From Euryarchaeota archaeon RBG_19FT_COMBO_56_21 (lineage in GTDB: Archaea > Thermoplasmatota > Thermoplasmata > UBA10834): a stretch of 55,833 bases of DNA. A model generated the notes under the pieces. The model made no database searches, had not been told where the DNA came from, and was given only the letters and a program-made list of their open reading frames with translations. Shown in pieces: positions 15,470 to 24,737 of this stretch; positions within the stretch are counted from its first letter, which is position 1; each line of letters starts with the position of its first letter. The DNA is taken from contig MGWC01000018.1 of assembly GCA_001800815.1 (NCBI GenBank), positions 1 to 55,833 on the forward strand, read 5' to 3'. Position numbers and translations under genes: made by a program.

Positions 15470-18400
15470 CTACGGAAGATAACGAGCTATGGTTCTGAAC
15501 CACTCAGAACCTCCGCCGTAGACATCCATATAGATGCCCCTAAGCTGGGATTGAATGACTTCATCCGTGTAATCAGATCCATATGCCAACCGGCTCCTCA
15601 GCATCTGAGTGATCGTGTTATGGTCCCCATGCAGCAGAGCGACTGCGGGTACGTCGTTCATGTTCTTGAATCCTAGGTGCTGTGCGACTCGCCATTCCAA
15701 CAGCTTGTGTCTTTCCATTCCTCGCGGAAGCGAGACCTTCTTGAGCTCTCCGTATGGCATTATCTCGCTCCTCCCAAGATGACCCACATTGTCAGCATCG
15801 CGAACAGCCTGCCCAGTCGGCGCGCGCTTCCCGATGGTCGTCAGGTCGTCGACCCACTTCAGCCCGAAGGTCTTCCCGACCGCCTTCGCCCCGGTCTTCA
15901 CATATGAGCTGCCAACAAAGGGCAACAGCGCGCAGCCGCCGTAGAAAGCGGCCGTCTCCCAGTCGCCGTAATAGGCGGCCTTGCCGAAGAAATAGAGGTC
16001 GGAGATGACGTCTAGTACCGGAATGAAGCCCAAGTAGTACATGAACTCGTCGAAATCCAGGTAATCATAGGGAGCCGAAATCATCGGACCGGAAGCGGCG
16101 AGGCCGGTCGGGTCGACATACTTCAGAGGGTTGTTGATGCAATACGGATACCTGTTCTGAGTCTGCGGGGCGCTCAAGGACCCGAGCTCGGGATCCATCG
16201 ACACGAACCGACCGAGCTCCGGGTCCATCTGCCTCGCAAACACGTGGTACAAGCCAGTGGAGCCGTAGTCCTGCATCTCCTGGGCGAATCTGACGCTCTC
16301 AGTGCCCGCGAAGCCGATGACGGGAGCGCCGAAGGGCTTGTACATCTTGACGCTGAAGGTGAGGGCGGTGCCGTTGTACACTGCCCTGGTGCCTCCGAGG
16401 CGGTCACCGTAGTAGTAATGGACATTAGCTCCGGTGCTCCCAACGAGCTTGAGCTTCAGCTCGCCGTTCACATAGACATAGTCGGTGTACTGGCTGCCCT
16501 TCCTTTCGCAGATCGGGTCGTGGCCTAAGTACACGTAGTCGGTCGTGGCGGACCCCTCTACCATTCGCGCCCTGGCGCCGTTCGCATCGTAGTAGTACTG
16601 GCCAAGCGTAGACCAGCCACCCTTGTTCGTCCACTTGAACGCCGTGGTGAGCTGGTTCTGGGAGTCGAACTCGTACTTGTACTTCGTGTTCGACTGAGTC
16701 TTCCACCATTGGTTCCCTATCTTGTCGTATGAGTAGCTCCAGCTCGAGTCGCTCGTCAGCCTGTTGTACTGACCACTACCGTATGCGTAGGTAGTCGTGA
16801 CAGTGTTTTCTTTCTTCGTGAGCCTGTTGCCGACCTGATCGTATGTGAACGAGATTGGTACGAAAGCATCTCTATTGCCCCACGGACCTCTTGCATAAGT
16901 CATGCGGTCAAGGGCGTCGTAGCTGTAGTTCTCTTTGTAGAGTTTCAACGAGCCTCCAATGTCGACCGTGTGATTGTAATATTTCAGGTTGCCAACTTTG
17001 TCGTAGACATGAGAGAGATTCAGTTTGATCACGGAATCATGTGTCGTCTCCTTAGCCCAGAGCCAATCGCGGTTCTTGTAGGCATATTTGGTCACAAAAC
17101 CGTTCCCGCTCGTCTCCTGCTTGATGGTATCATCGAGATTGTACTCGTCATAAGTGAGCAGAGTAATGACGGTGGGGTATGTCCTTGTCACTGAGGTGAC
17201 CCTGTCCAGGGAGTCATAGTAGTAGGAGATGTTCGCACCATTTGCATAACGTATCCAAGTCGACTTCCCGTCAGGATCGTAGCCGAACTGCGATACATAG
17301 CTCGTCCCTGAGATCACCTCAGTCAGTCGCACGACTCGACCGCAGACATCGTAGCAATAGGCTATGTTGCCGAGTAAGTTCTGAGAAACGAGGAGTTGCC
17401 CCTCGTCATCGTATGCAAGCGCAATAGACTCCGACGGGGAAACGATCTTCACCATGTTTCCCACAGCATCATATGCTGACCTGGTGACATTTCCAGCTCT
17501 GTCCGTCTTCGTAATGGTCCTCCCAGCGTCATCATAGAGGGCGGACTCGAACAGGGAGTCAGGATATACGGTTTTGTTCAGTCGATTCAGTCTGTCATAG
17601 GTCATTCCTGTGACCTGTCCCTTTGCGTCTCTGACCGTAATCAGGTTGCCAGTGCTATCGTATGTCACCAACGTCTCGTAGTACTCCGTGGGTCCAGGCC
17701 CGTAGAATTCCCGTGTCGCATTCAACTGGCCTATTGCATCGAACATCTCAACAGACTTGTGACCGAGTTCATCAACACGGGTGACTGTAATGTTCAAGTC
17801 GTCATAGTAGATCGTGGCGAAACTGGCGTCAGGGTTGATGACCTTTGTTGGGCGGCCAAGCAAATCATATTCGAACGAAGTGACGTGGCCTCGCTCGTCG
17901 CGCACGTACAAGATCTGGTCCTGCCAGCTGTTTCCATACATGACATACGAGTAATTGCTTCCAAGTCCTCCCCAGCGTTCTACCTTCACTAGACGGCCAA
18001 TGGAATCGTACTTCCTGACAGTCTTGTGAGACATCTGATCGAATAGCGTTACGGTGTTCATCGCGTCATCATAGCATACGATCTGAGAGCTGCCGTCTGG
18101 TGCTGTCAGTTTCGAGATCCTGCCCAACGGGTCGTATCCGTAGAGACTTACTCTCCCCAGAGAGTCGGTCACCGACCGGAGCGTTCCATTGCTCTCCCAG
18201 AAATCATTCAGAGTCTTGGGGTTTGTCGAAACGTCATTGACACAGAAATCGTCGAAGAACATCTCAAAAGTGTCCCAGTATGCACCTTGAACCTTCACAT
18301 AGATCTCGAAAGTAATGTTCCTGCATGAGGTCCACTGAATACCGCCGAAGTCAGCATCGGGGTACATTGTGTAAGGTTTCCACACACCGAATTCGGGAGG

Positions 18401-21400
18401 TGGTACCCACAAGTTCTTCGTCGTCTGATTCATGTCAGTCCTGTTGTCCGTGTTGCCTGACCAACAGGCTAGCCAATATGTGTAGGTCGCGTAGTTGGAA
18501 CCGCTGAGGTCAAACAACCTCATCCTTAGTCCGGCTTCCATCTTGTCTCTGACGCCCCCGTTGTGCCAATAGTCAGCGAGGTTTGTCAGAACCGAAATGG
18601 CCTTTACGGGGCGAGTCATCTGGTAGTCCTTCCACAGTCGCGCTTCACCCCAGTCGTCGAACCCCCCAGAGCTTCCATGGAATGATAACCGTGCTGAAAT
18701 GTCCGGCGTGGTGAATACGGACGAAGAGAACCCCGATTCAATCGTTATCTGTGGATTGCCTTTGACGACAACGGAGTTCCATGGATCTGAGGATTTGAGT
18801 ACGTCAACCAATCCCGTGGGATACGAAGCGATTGGGTATGTGTACCCATCAACGGGCGAATAGTCAATCGCTGTTCTCCTGCCACTGGCGTCGATCTGCC
18901 ATATCTGATTTCCGAAAGCATCATGCCCGAAGTACGAGCTCACCCATCTCGAATCGAGCCTTGATTTGGAGGCTGCCAGATCTCCATCTTCGTCGAGCAG
19001 ATAGTAGGTCTCGCTAGCCACCTTCTTCGATGCGTTCTGATATGCAAACGACCCTATCAGGACGCCGTGAGCATCTGAGTTCAGCGAATTCGCATAGAAT
19101 CTCGGAGTGTAGAATGTGAACTGGTCCATGTTGAATATCTCTTCAATCCACGGGCTCTCGTATATCATTCTGCCAGATTCGAACACACGGAATCTCCCTG
19201 TACCCGGGTAGCACAGGATACCGAAATCCCGCGGGCGAAGTGGCTGAAGCGATCCCGTGACAACAGTGCCATCTTCCAACTCCAGTTGGACCGTCTGAGC
19301 GGGGGATAACCCATTGACATAGACACCTTGAGGGCCGGATGAAGTGAAATCCCATTTGGCTTCTCCGCCCCATAGTCCCCATATTATTCCGCCAACGTTG
19401 ACGTACGAGGTATCAGGACTAATCCCTAGATCCGTCGCTCTCACTGTCAGTTGGAGCCATCTGCCTGTGATCTTCGGAACATCGCCTATACTCACATTTG
19501 TGACTGGATAGGCGATTTCGGGGAAGGTGTTCCTGGGTTCGATGACGTTGTGGTAGTTGCCGTTTGACAGGAACCCGCCCCAATAAACGCGATGCCAGTT
19601 TGAATTGAAGAACATCTGGACCATGATCTCAGAGGGAAGTCTTCCCTCTGTCAGCTCGACGTATTGGATGAAGGACTCGTTGCCATCAATGCGCATAGTG
19701 CTGCTCGGCGGGCCGTAACCGTGGAAGTGCACTGCGTCACAATACGGGCTAATGTGGTACTTGGAACCCGATGCGGAACCGGGTGCGTCATCAACCCATA
19801 CGCCTTCGCCAGTATAGCCAGCTACATAGTCAATAGGATTCTTTGCATATTCGTCATCAGGCAAATGGTCCCATTGATCGCAGAACCCGAACTGAGTCTT
19901 CGGTAGGGCCGATTCGCGAACGCCCACTCTGAGAGCATAAGTATCTCCCCCCCAAATATCCATCACCGGGATCCGGAACGAGTAGTTGCCCACTTGATAC
20001 ACCTCGATGAACCCCGGAGGGAACCTCTCATCAATCGAAGGAACGATGAGAACTCCTTCCTTCGCCTGGCTAAGAATGGCCCCATCTTCGCCATGGAGCT
20101 CGAGCAGGAACCCGGAACTGTCTGAAACCGATACGGTCATGCTTGTGTATATCCTGATGTTGTCAAAGGAACTGCTGCCAAGTCCCCGGCCGTCGTCGTG
20201 TAGCGTCAGTTGGTTGATGCTGCCTTCCCCAGCCATCAGTTTGGCATCTACACACTCCCCGTCAATGTGGTAGGAAACCCAATCCCATTCCCCGAAGACA
20301 ATTGAGAGGCCAAGATCGTACCATCTATCAGGAGAAGGGGTCAAATCACCCAAGCGCTGCCATCCAGACTGACCATCGTAGCGATAGAATCCCGGCTGGT
20401 ATCCGTCCAGAGGCTGTGCAAGCAGTCTAACCAGAACTCGGGACCCTGTAGGACCGGACAACTCGACCATACCATTGAGAGTACAGTGAACGGACACTTG
20501 CACCACGAAATCATCGCTCTGACTCGGGAATTCGTGGGAAGCCCCTGCCTCGGAGCTCGAGTAAGCGAGGATGCCCAATGCCGGCGCATCAGACCTGTCT
20601 TCAGTGTAGCTGTCGAAGAAGAACAAGCCTTGCGGGATTTCGCTGACCCAACCAGAAAGGTTCCATTCATCGAAGGTACCGTAGAATATCTTCCCGGAGC
20701 TGGTTCGCTCCAGCACGCCTCCTCCTTGGAAGGAGTTGCTGGAATCAGTGTTGGAGTAGGAGAAGTATGATTCAGAGCCCAGGCCATCCCTCGTGAAGAT
20801 GACGTTTCCCCAGTCATCATAGCCAACGAACTCGGAGCTCGATATCTCTTCGGCGGCACCCCTGTAGATGTCGCGGCGTATAGGCTGACCGTAGGAATCA
20901 TACCAACTGTCGACTCTTGAGAGCTGGGTGCCATTGGCCGCCTTCTTGGTCTCTCGAGTACACTGCAACTCAGATCTGAAGGTGATTTCATCTATGGTTC
21001 GAATTGCGCCACTCTCGTCCCGTTGGGCTAGACTAGCAAAGGCCACCGCCCCGTCCACTGTGATATAATCATAATCGACCTGTCGTATCAGCTCGTTCGT
21101 CAGAACGTGTCGTAACGACTCTGATGTCACAAACCATTGGGAGAAGTCCTCGAACTCCAAAACGGAATAAGTAAGAGTTGTTTTCGACCATGACGGGAAA
21201 CCCACTCTCATGAGCAAGGGAAATCCGAAATCGCCATTTGTAAACCTGTAGTCAAACCAGGTGACGCGGTTCATAGGATCCATAATTGACTTCAGCACAT
21301 AGCTTGCACCCGAGAGCACATAGAACAACGAATGAACCTTACCATCTGGCTGGACGACCGCGGACAGCCGGGAGTTCTCGTATATCAACTGCAGAGATCT

Positions 21401-24040
21401 GTCCAATCCCACAACAGTCTGTCTTACATACTCAAGAAGCCCCGTCCCGGGATTGTACTCAAATGTCAGGTTGGTACGTCCAACAGTACCGTCTGCATTC
21501 ACGTGCATATCGGCTTGTCGAACTAGTCTGAACTCTCCGGTGAATTCATAGACTACTCCAGAAGATGTGGTAAGGAGGTACATTGTAGTGGGGCCACTCA
21601 CATTCCTTCGGAGGATGAAGTGAATCAGGTCGTGATTCTCGAACTCATTGGGATGGCCGTTGTTTCCCCACTGGATCACGAACCTAAGACCGCCAGGCAA
21701 GGAAACATAGTCCAGATTGAGCCACGGAAGATCGAGCCCCCAGGCTCCCCATCCTAGTGGGCACGCAGGGAACTTCTTTAGATCGAACGGCAATCCGTTC
21801 GGACGCATATACTTCGGCTGAATGTAGATCAATGACAAGCTGAGATCAACTCCTGCACGCCCTGGAACCGACACGAGTTCCAGCCTCTGGGTCAGTAGGC
21901 CCGACCCAGGTGAGATGAAGTTGTCAATCGATGAAAAGTAAGTCCCGTACGGAGATATGCCTTCGCGATCCCATGAACTCCTGCCAGTTCCACCGGACCC
22001 ATATGGAACCGGCTCAATGGAGTACATCACCTTCACCGTTGGTCCGATGTCCTCCTCTTCCCACAGTACCAACTGATACCCAACCGGATGAGACCATGTC
22101 ACCAAATTCGTGATATCGTTGAAAGATCCGTACCAGCTGGTGGGCTCCGACCATTCGGTGAAAGCAATCGAGGCTGGCTTTCGAGTATTGAAGATATTCC
22201 ACCCGCTATCGTAGCAGACAAAGTAGATGTTTAGCTGGGAATTCGCATCCAAAGATATCGAGGGATAGGTACAGGCCATGTCGATCTCACACGCGGTCCA
22301 AGGGGTATCCAGCGTGCGATATGCATAAGCAAGAGAGTTGTACCAGTTCCTGAACGCAATGTGAATCGTGCCGTTTGAGTCCGCAACCGCCGAGAAGGCG
22401 TCTGACTTATCTCCGGGCTCTAGTCCGCTGGCTCCTGGGGAAGCAGTCCCTTTGTCATACCAGAAGCCCCCAATTCTGCATCTTGTTCTGACCGTTGAGT
22501 CGTAGGAAGGGTTGCCCGACCACGTTGTCTCGAGAATCGCGATGTTCGCATCCGGCAGTGGAAGGAGGATGAACCAATTCCTAGTTGCGTCGACCACGAT
22601 TGGCTGTGACCAATTCTCCCACTGGAAGCTCAGCTGTTCCCCGATGATTGTCTCTTTGTAGACTGATATTATTGGATAGTCGTGGCTCGGCGAATCCAGA
22701 GTATCGCTACATGCCACCCAGCACGTCCCGTCTGTTCCGATCGTGACTGAAACCGCTGAAACGAATGCGCTAGATGTGACCAAGATCGGGCCAGTCCATG
22801 TGATGGAGTCGCCATCGATGTGGCCTATCTCAGCAAACGTGATTGGGTGAACGTAGTACCCCATAGGCGGACTGACCCAGGCGACGACAACTTTGCTCCC
22901 TAGTTGAGCGACATCAAATCCAATACCAGGATAAATCGGAGTACAGTCGAGAATCATCTCCGCATCAGAAAGACCTCCTTCGAGAGTAGCTGACCGATAA
23001 TGGATTTCCGCGCCATTGCTGTAGAACATCCAGGAATATCCATTATATCTGAAGGCCTTTCTCTGGTAACTCATCGCGGTCATTCCCTGCACCATGGAGG
23101 AATCCACTATGGTGGGGTCAATTTCCCTCCTCCCCGCTCCGAAATCTATCTTCACCGAGTAAGCAGCATTCGCATAAACAGCGGCATCCGAGACCAAGGA
23201 GAACCGCCCCTCACCAGCGTCGGACCAGTCAATATTGACCGGTGTTGATCCAGGACCACACGTCAGGTTGATCTCCAAATCGGTCACCCGAGCGATTCTC
23301 CCCGTAGAGTATTGTAGGGCGCTCACACTTTTGGAACTCTCGGAGTCGATCAGGTTGAATCCTGCTGTCGGCGCAATGTGCCAGAATACATTCCAGTCAT
23401 CAGTCGTGCCGTTGACATCGGACACTTCTGCAGTCAACTTAGGAGGCCGCGACGGAGAGAAGTCTATCAACAGTCGCATTTGGCCTTTGAGATCCAACAC
23501 ATTCCCATCTCGCTCTAGAGCGTAACTGACCACAAGCCCGCCATCAAACGCATTTTCAATGGATGCGAAGACTGGCCTAGTCGCTGCGCCAGAAACGTTT
23601 AGTGCGAAGTACGATTCAGCAATGAGCAATTCTCCTTTTGCGGAAAGCAGCGAGAACTTCGCGGGGTTTGAGACGTTGACCACATATGTTCCGAAAGAAG
23701 TCACCCAGCTGATGCTGGACTGACCCCTGATCATCCTGCATGCCAGATTCGAGTCGACTCCGGAGGGAGTTGCGAGTGGAACGCCAGTAAGGTGATTCTC
23801 AACGGATCCCCCACCCACCTCTTCAGTGATTGGAGTAAGTACAGGGGCTAGATTCACATTGGGCTCGTCCTCGGTAGGCCAATTGCCTAGCGACTCGGAA
23901 CCAGATCCTTCCTTAGCCCCCTCGGTCGTACCTACACAGACCTGGAAGATCGTAATAACCATTAAGCTAGCTGCCAGCATCGAGAAGGCGACCTTGCGCG
24001 TTCGCCCCCTCCTCACTCCTGAGAACATCTGTTCATGCAT
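15470..24040 (-). CDS. rhs: Giant exported Rhs/YD-repeat polymorphic toxin with a C-terminal HNH-like nuclease tip
   Basis: N-terminal signal or TM segment; DUF6531-like ISPGSGLL..VPGRAGVDLSLSLIY; many YD repeats (YDPLGR, YDSIGR, YDLLGR, YDRLNR, YDALDR); core end RFVSMDP...NPLKYVDPTG; pre-toxin helices; tip ERHKLLE...PAVAL..GDH. The ORF is open from 24073; ATG 24040 with an AGGGTGG SD is the likely start. Confidence 0.92.
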   Translation of the reverse strand: MHEQMFSGVRRGRTRKVAFSMLAASLMVITIFQVCVGTTEGAKEGSGSESLGNWPTEDEPNVNLAPVLTPITEEVGGGSVENHLTGVPLATPSGVDSNLACRMIRGQSSISWVTSFGTYVVNVSNPAKFSLLSAKGELLIAESYFALNVSGAATRPVFASIENAFDGGLVVSYALERDGNVLDLKGQMRLLIDFSPSRPPKLTAEVSDVNGTTDDWNVFWHIAPTAGFNLIDSESSKSVSALQYSTGRIARVTDLEINLTCGPGSTPVNIDWSDAGEGRFSLVSDAAVYANAAYSVKIDFGAGRREIDPTIVDSSMVQGMTAMSYQRKAFRYNGYSWMFYSNGAEIHYRSATLEGGLSDAEMILDCTPIYPGIGFDVAQLGSKVVVAWVSPPMGYYVHPITFAEIGHIDGDSITWTGPILVTSSAFVSAVSVTIGTDGTCWVACSDTLDSPSHDYPIISVYKETIIGEQLSFQWENWSQPIVVDATRNWFILLPLPDANIAILETTWSGNPSYDSTVRTRCRIGGFWYDKGTASPGASGLEPGDKSDAFSAVADSNGTIHIAFRNWYNSLAYAYRTLDTPWTACEIDMACTYPSISLDANSQLNIYFVCYDSGWNIFNTRKPASIAFTEWSEPTSWYGSFNDITNLVTWSHPVGYQLVLWEEEDIGPTVKVMYSIEPVPYGSGGTGRSSWDREGISPYGTYFSSIDNFISPGSGLLTQRLELVSVPGRAGVDLSLSLIYIQPKYMRPNGLPFDLKKFPACPLGWGAWGLDLPWLNLDYVSLPGGLRFVIQWGNNGHPNEFENHDLIHFILRRNVSGPTTMYLLTTSSGVVYEFTGEFRLVRQADMHVNADGTVGRTNLTFEYNPGTGLLEYVRQTVVGLDRSLQLIYENSRLSAVVQPDGKVHSLFYVLSGASYVLKSIMDPMNRVTWFDYRFTNGDFGFPLLMRVGFPSWSKTTLTYSVLEFEDFSQWFVTSESLRHVLTNELIRQVDYDYITVDGAVAFASLAQRDESGAIRTIDEITFRSELQCTRETKKAANGTQLSRVDSWYDSYGQPIRRDIYRGAAEEISSSEFVGYDDWGNVIFTRDGLGSESYFSYSNTDSSNSFQGGGVLERTSSGKIFYGTFDEWNLSGWVSEIPQGLFFFDSYTEDRSDAPALGILAYSSSEAGASHEFPSQSDDFVVQVSVHCTLNGMVELSGPTGSRVLVRLLAQPLDGYQPGFYRYDGQSGWQRLGDLTPSPDRWYDLGLSIVFGEWDWVSYHIDGECVDAKLMAGEGSINQLTLHDDGRGLGSSSFDNIRIYTSMTVSVSDSSGFLLELHGEDGAILSQAKEGVLIVPSIDERFPPGFIEVYQVGNYSFRIPVMDIWGGDTYALRVGVRESALPKTQFGFCDQWDHLPDDEYAKNPIDYVAGYTGEGVWVDDAPGSASGSKYHISPYCDAVHFHGYGPPSSTMRIDGNESFIQYVELTEGRLPSEIMVQMFFNSNWHRVYWGGFLSNGNYHNVIEPRNTFPEIAYPVTNVSIGDVPKITGRWLQLTVRATDLGISPDTSYVNVGGIIWGLWGGEAKWDFTSSGPQGVYVNGLSPAQTVQLELEDGTVVTGSLQPLRPRDFGILCYPGTGRFRVFESGRMIYESPWIEEIFNMDQFTFYTPRFYANSLNSDAHGVLIGSFAYQNASKKVASETYYLLDEDGDLAASKSRLDSRWVSSYFGHDAFGNQIWQIDASGRRTAIDYSPVDGYTYPIASYPTGLVDVLKSSDPWNSVVVKGNPQITIESGFSSSVFTTPDISARLSFHGSSGGFDDWGEARLWKDYQMTRPVKAISVLTNLADYWHNGGVRDKMEAGLRMRLFDLSGSNYATYTYWLACWSGNTDNRTDMNQTTKNLWVPPPEFGVWKPYTMYPDADFGGIQWTSCRNITFEIYVKVQGAYWDTFEMFFDDFCVNDVSTNPKTLNDFWESNGTLRSVTDSLGRVSLYGYDPLGRISKLTAPDGSSQIVCYDDAMNTVTLFDQMSHKTVRKYDSIGRLVKVERWGGLGSNYSYVMYGNSWQDQILYVRDERGHVTSFEYDLLGRPTKVINPDASFATIYYDDLNITVTRVDELGHKSVEMFDAIGQLNATREFYGPGPTEYYETLVTYDSTGNLITVRDAKGQVTGMTYDRLNRLNKTVYPDSLFESALYDDAGRTITKTDRAGNVTRSAYDAVGNMVKIVSPSESIALAYDDEGQLLVSQNLLGNIAYCYDVCGRVVRLTEVISGTSYVSQFGYDPDGKSTWIRYANGANISYYYDSLDRVTSVTRTYPTVITLLTYDEYNLDDTIKQETSGNGFVTKYAYKNRDWLWAKETTHDSVIKLNLSHVYDKVGNLKYYNHTVDIGGSLKLYKENYSYDALDRMTYARGPWGNRDAFVPISFTYDQVGNRLTKKENTVTTTYAYGSGQYNRLTSDSSWSYSYDKIGNQWWKTQSNTKYKYEFDSQNQLTTAFKWTNKGGWSTLGQYYYDANGARARMVEGSATTDYVYLGHDPICERKGSQYTDYVYVNGELKLKLVGSTGANVHYYYGDRLGGTRAVYNGTALTFSVKMYKPFGAPVIGFAGTESVRFAQEMQDYGSTGLYHVFARQMDPELGRFVSMDPELGSLSAPQTQNRYPYCINNPLKYVDPTGLAASGPMISAPYDYLDFDEFMYYLGFIPVLDVISDLYFFGKAAYYGDWETAAFYGGCALLPFVGSSYVKTGAKAVGKTFGLKWVDDLTTIGKRAPTGQAVRDADNVGHLGRSEIMPYGELKKVSLPRGMERHKLLEWRVAQHLGFKNMNDVPAVALLHGDHNTITQMLRSRLAYGSDYTDEVIQSQLRGIYMDVYGGGSEWFRTIARYLP
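16104..16198 (+). repeat. 95-bp direct repeat, Rhs-core end, copy in the full-length gene
   Basis: Partner of 14148-14242. Confidence 0.95.
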
Positions 24041-24737
24041 CACAACCACCCTTCGAATCCAATTCCTCCTCACTCACCTCATCTGAATGCATCTCTGAAG
24101 ACCCCTTCAAAGAGTATTCGACGGGGGAATTCTACCCGGAGTCGGTAGTGCTGTCTCTCGATATGAAGATTCCATTTGGGCTCGACTTGGACCCCTCAGA
24201 CAGTCTCACTCTTCATGAGACTGAGAACGCAATCTGGCCGCGGTTTGTTCATCCGAGTTCCGGTCTTTCATTGCACACAGGGACCCTATTTGTGTCCATT
24301 CTGTGCGGACACTGAGTTGCGCGACGTGCACCTTGGAGGCCTCGTTTGAACACCGTCTGGCCTCTAGGTCGACTTGGCCAATAGCACCTTCAGTCAGCCA
24401 AAGGTTGAGATAACCGGCGACGTTCCTAACGAAGTCATAGTAGCCCTAATCGAGTACCGCGATGATCGACTGGGGATCATGGAAGTCATGAACAGGCTGG
24501 ACAAATGGCGCATGAGTTCCAAGCAAGTGGCCTCCAAGATCGTCGAGTAGGGCGTTTTATGCGTGGGATCTCCGAGTCTGAAATCGCTTTTCCAGAGGAA
24601 CTGCTGCTATCTGTCCAACCAACCGTGACGCTTTTGGTCCTCTCTGGCTTGGCAATTCAGAGAAATCAAGTTATCAATTAGGTCGAATACGCTTATATTG
24701 CGATAGCAGATAGCGACTTACCGGAGTTGTATTACCG

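Noticed and set aside
18220-20730. Insertions in the Rhs protein as inteins
   Set aside because: No Cys/Ser start with a His-Asn end followed by C/S/T, and no LAGLIDADG or Hint block motifs.
11000-24700. Rhs locus as an autonomous mobile element or prophage
   Set aside because: No integrase, transposase, terminal repeats or phage genes were seen; only compositional hints of foreign origin.
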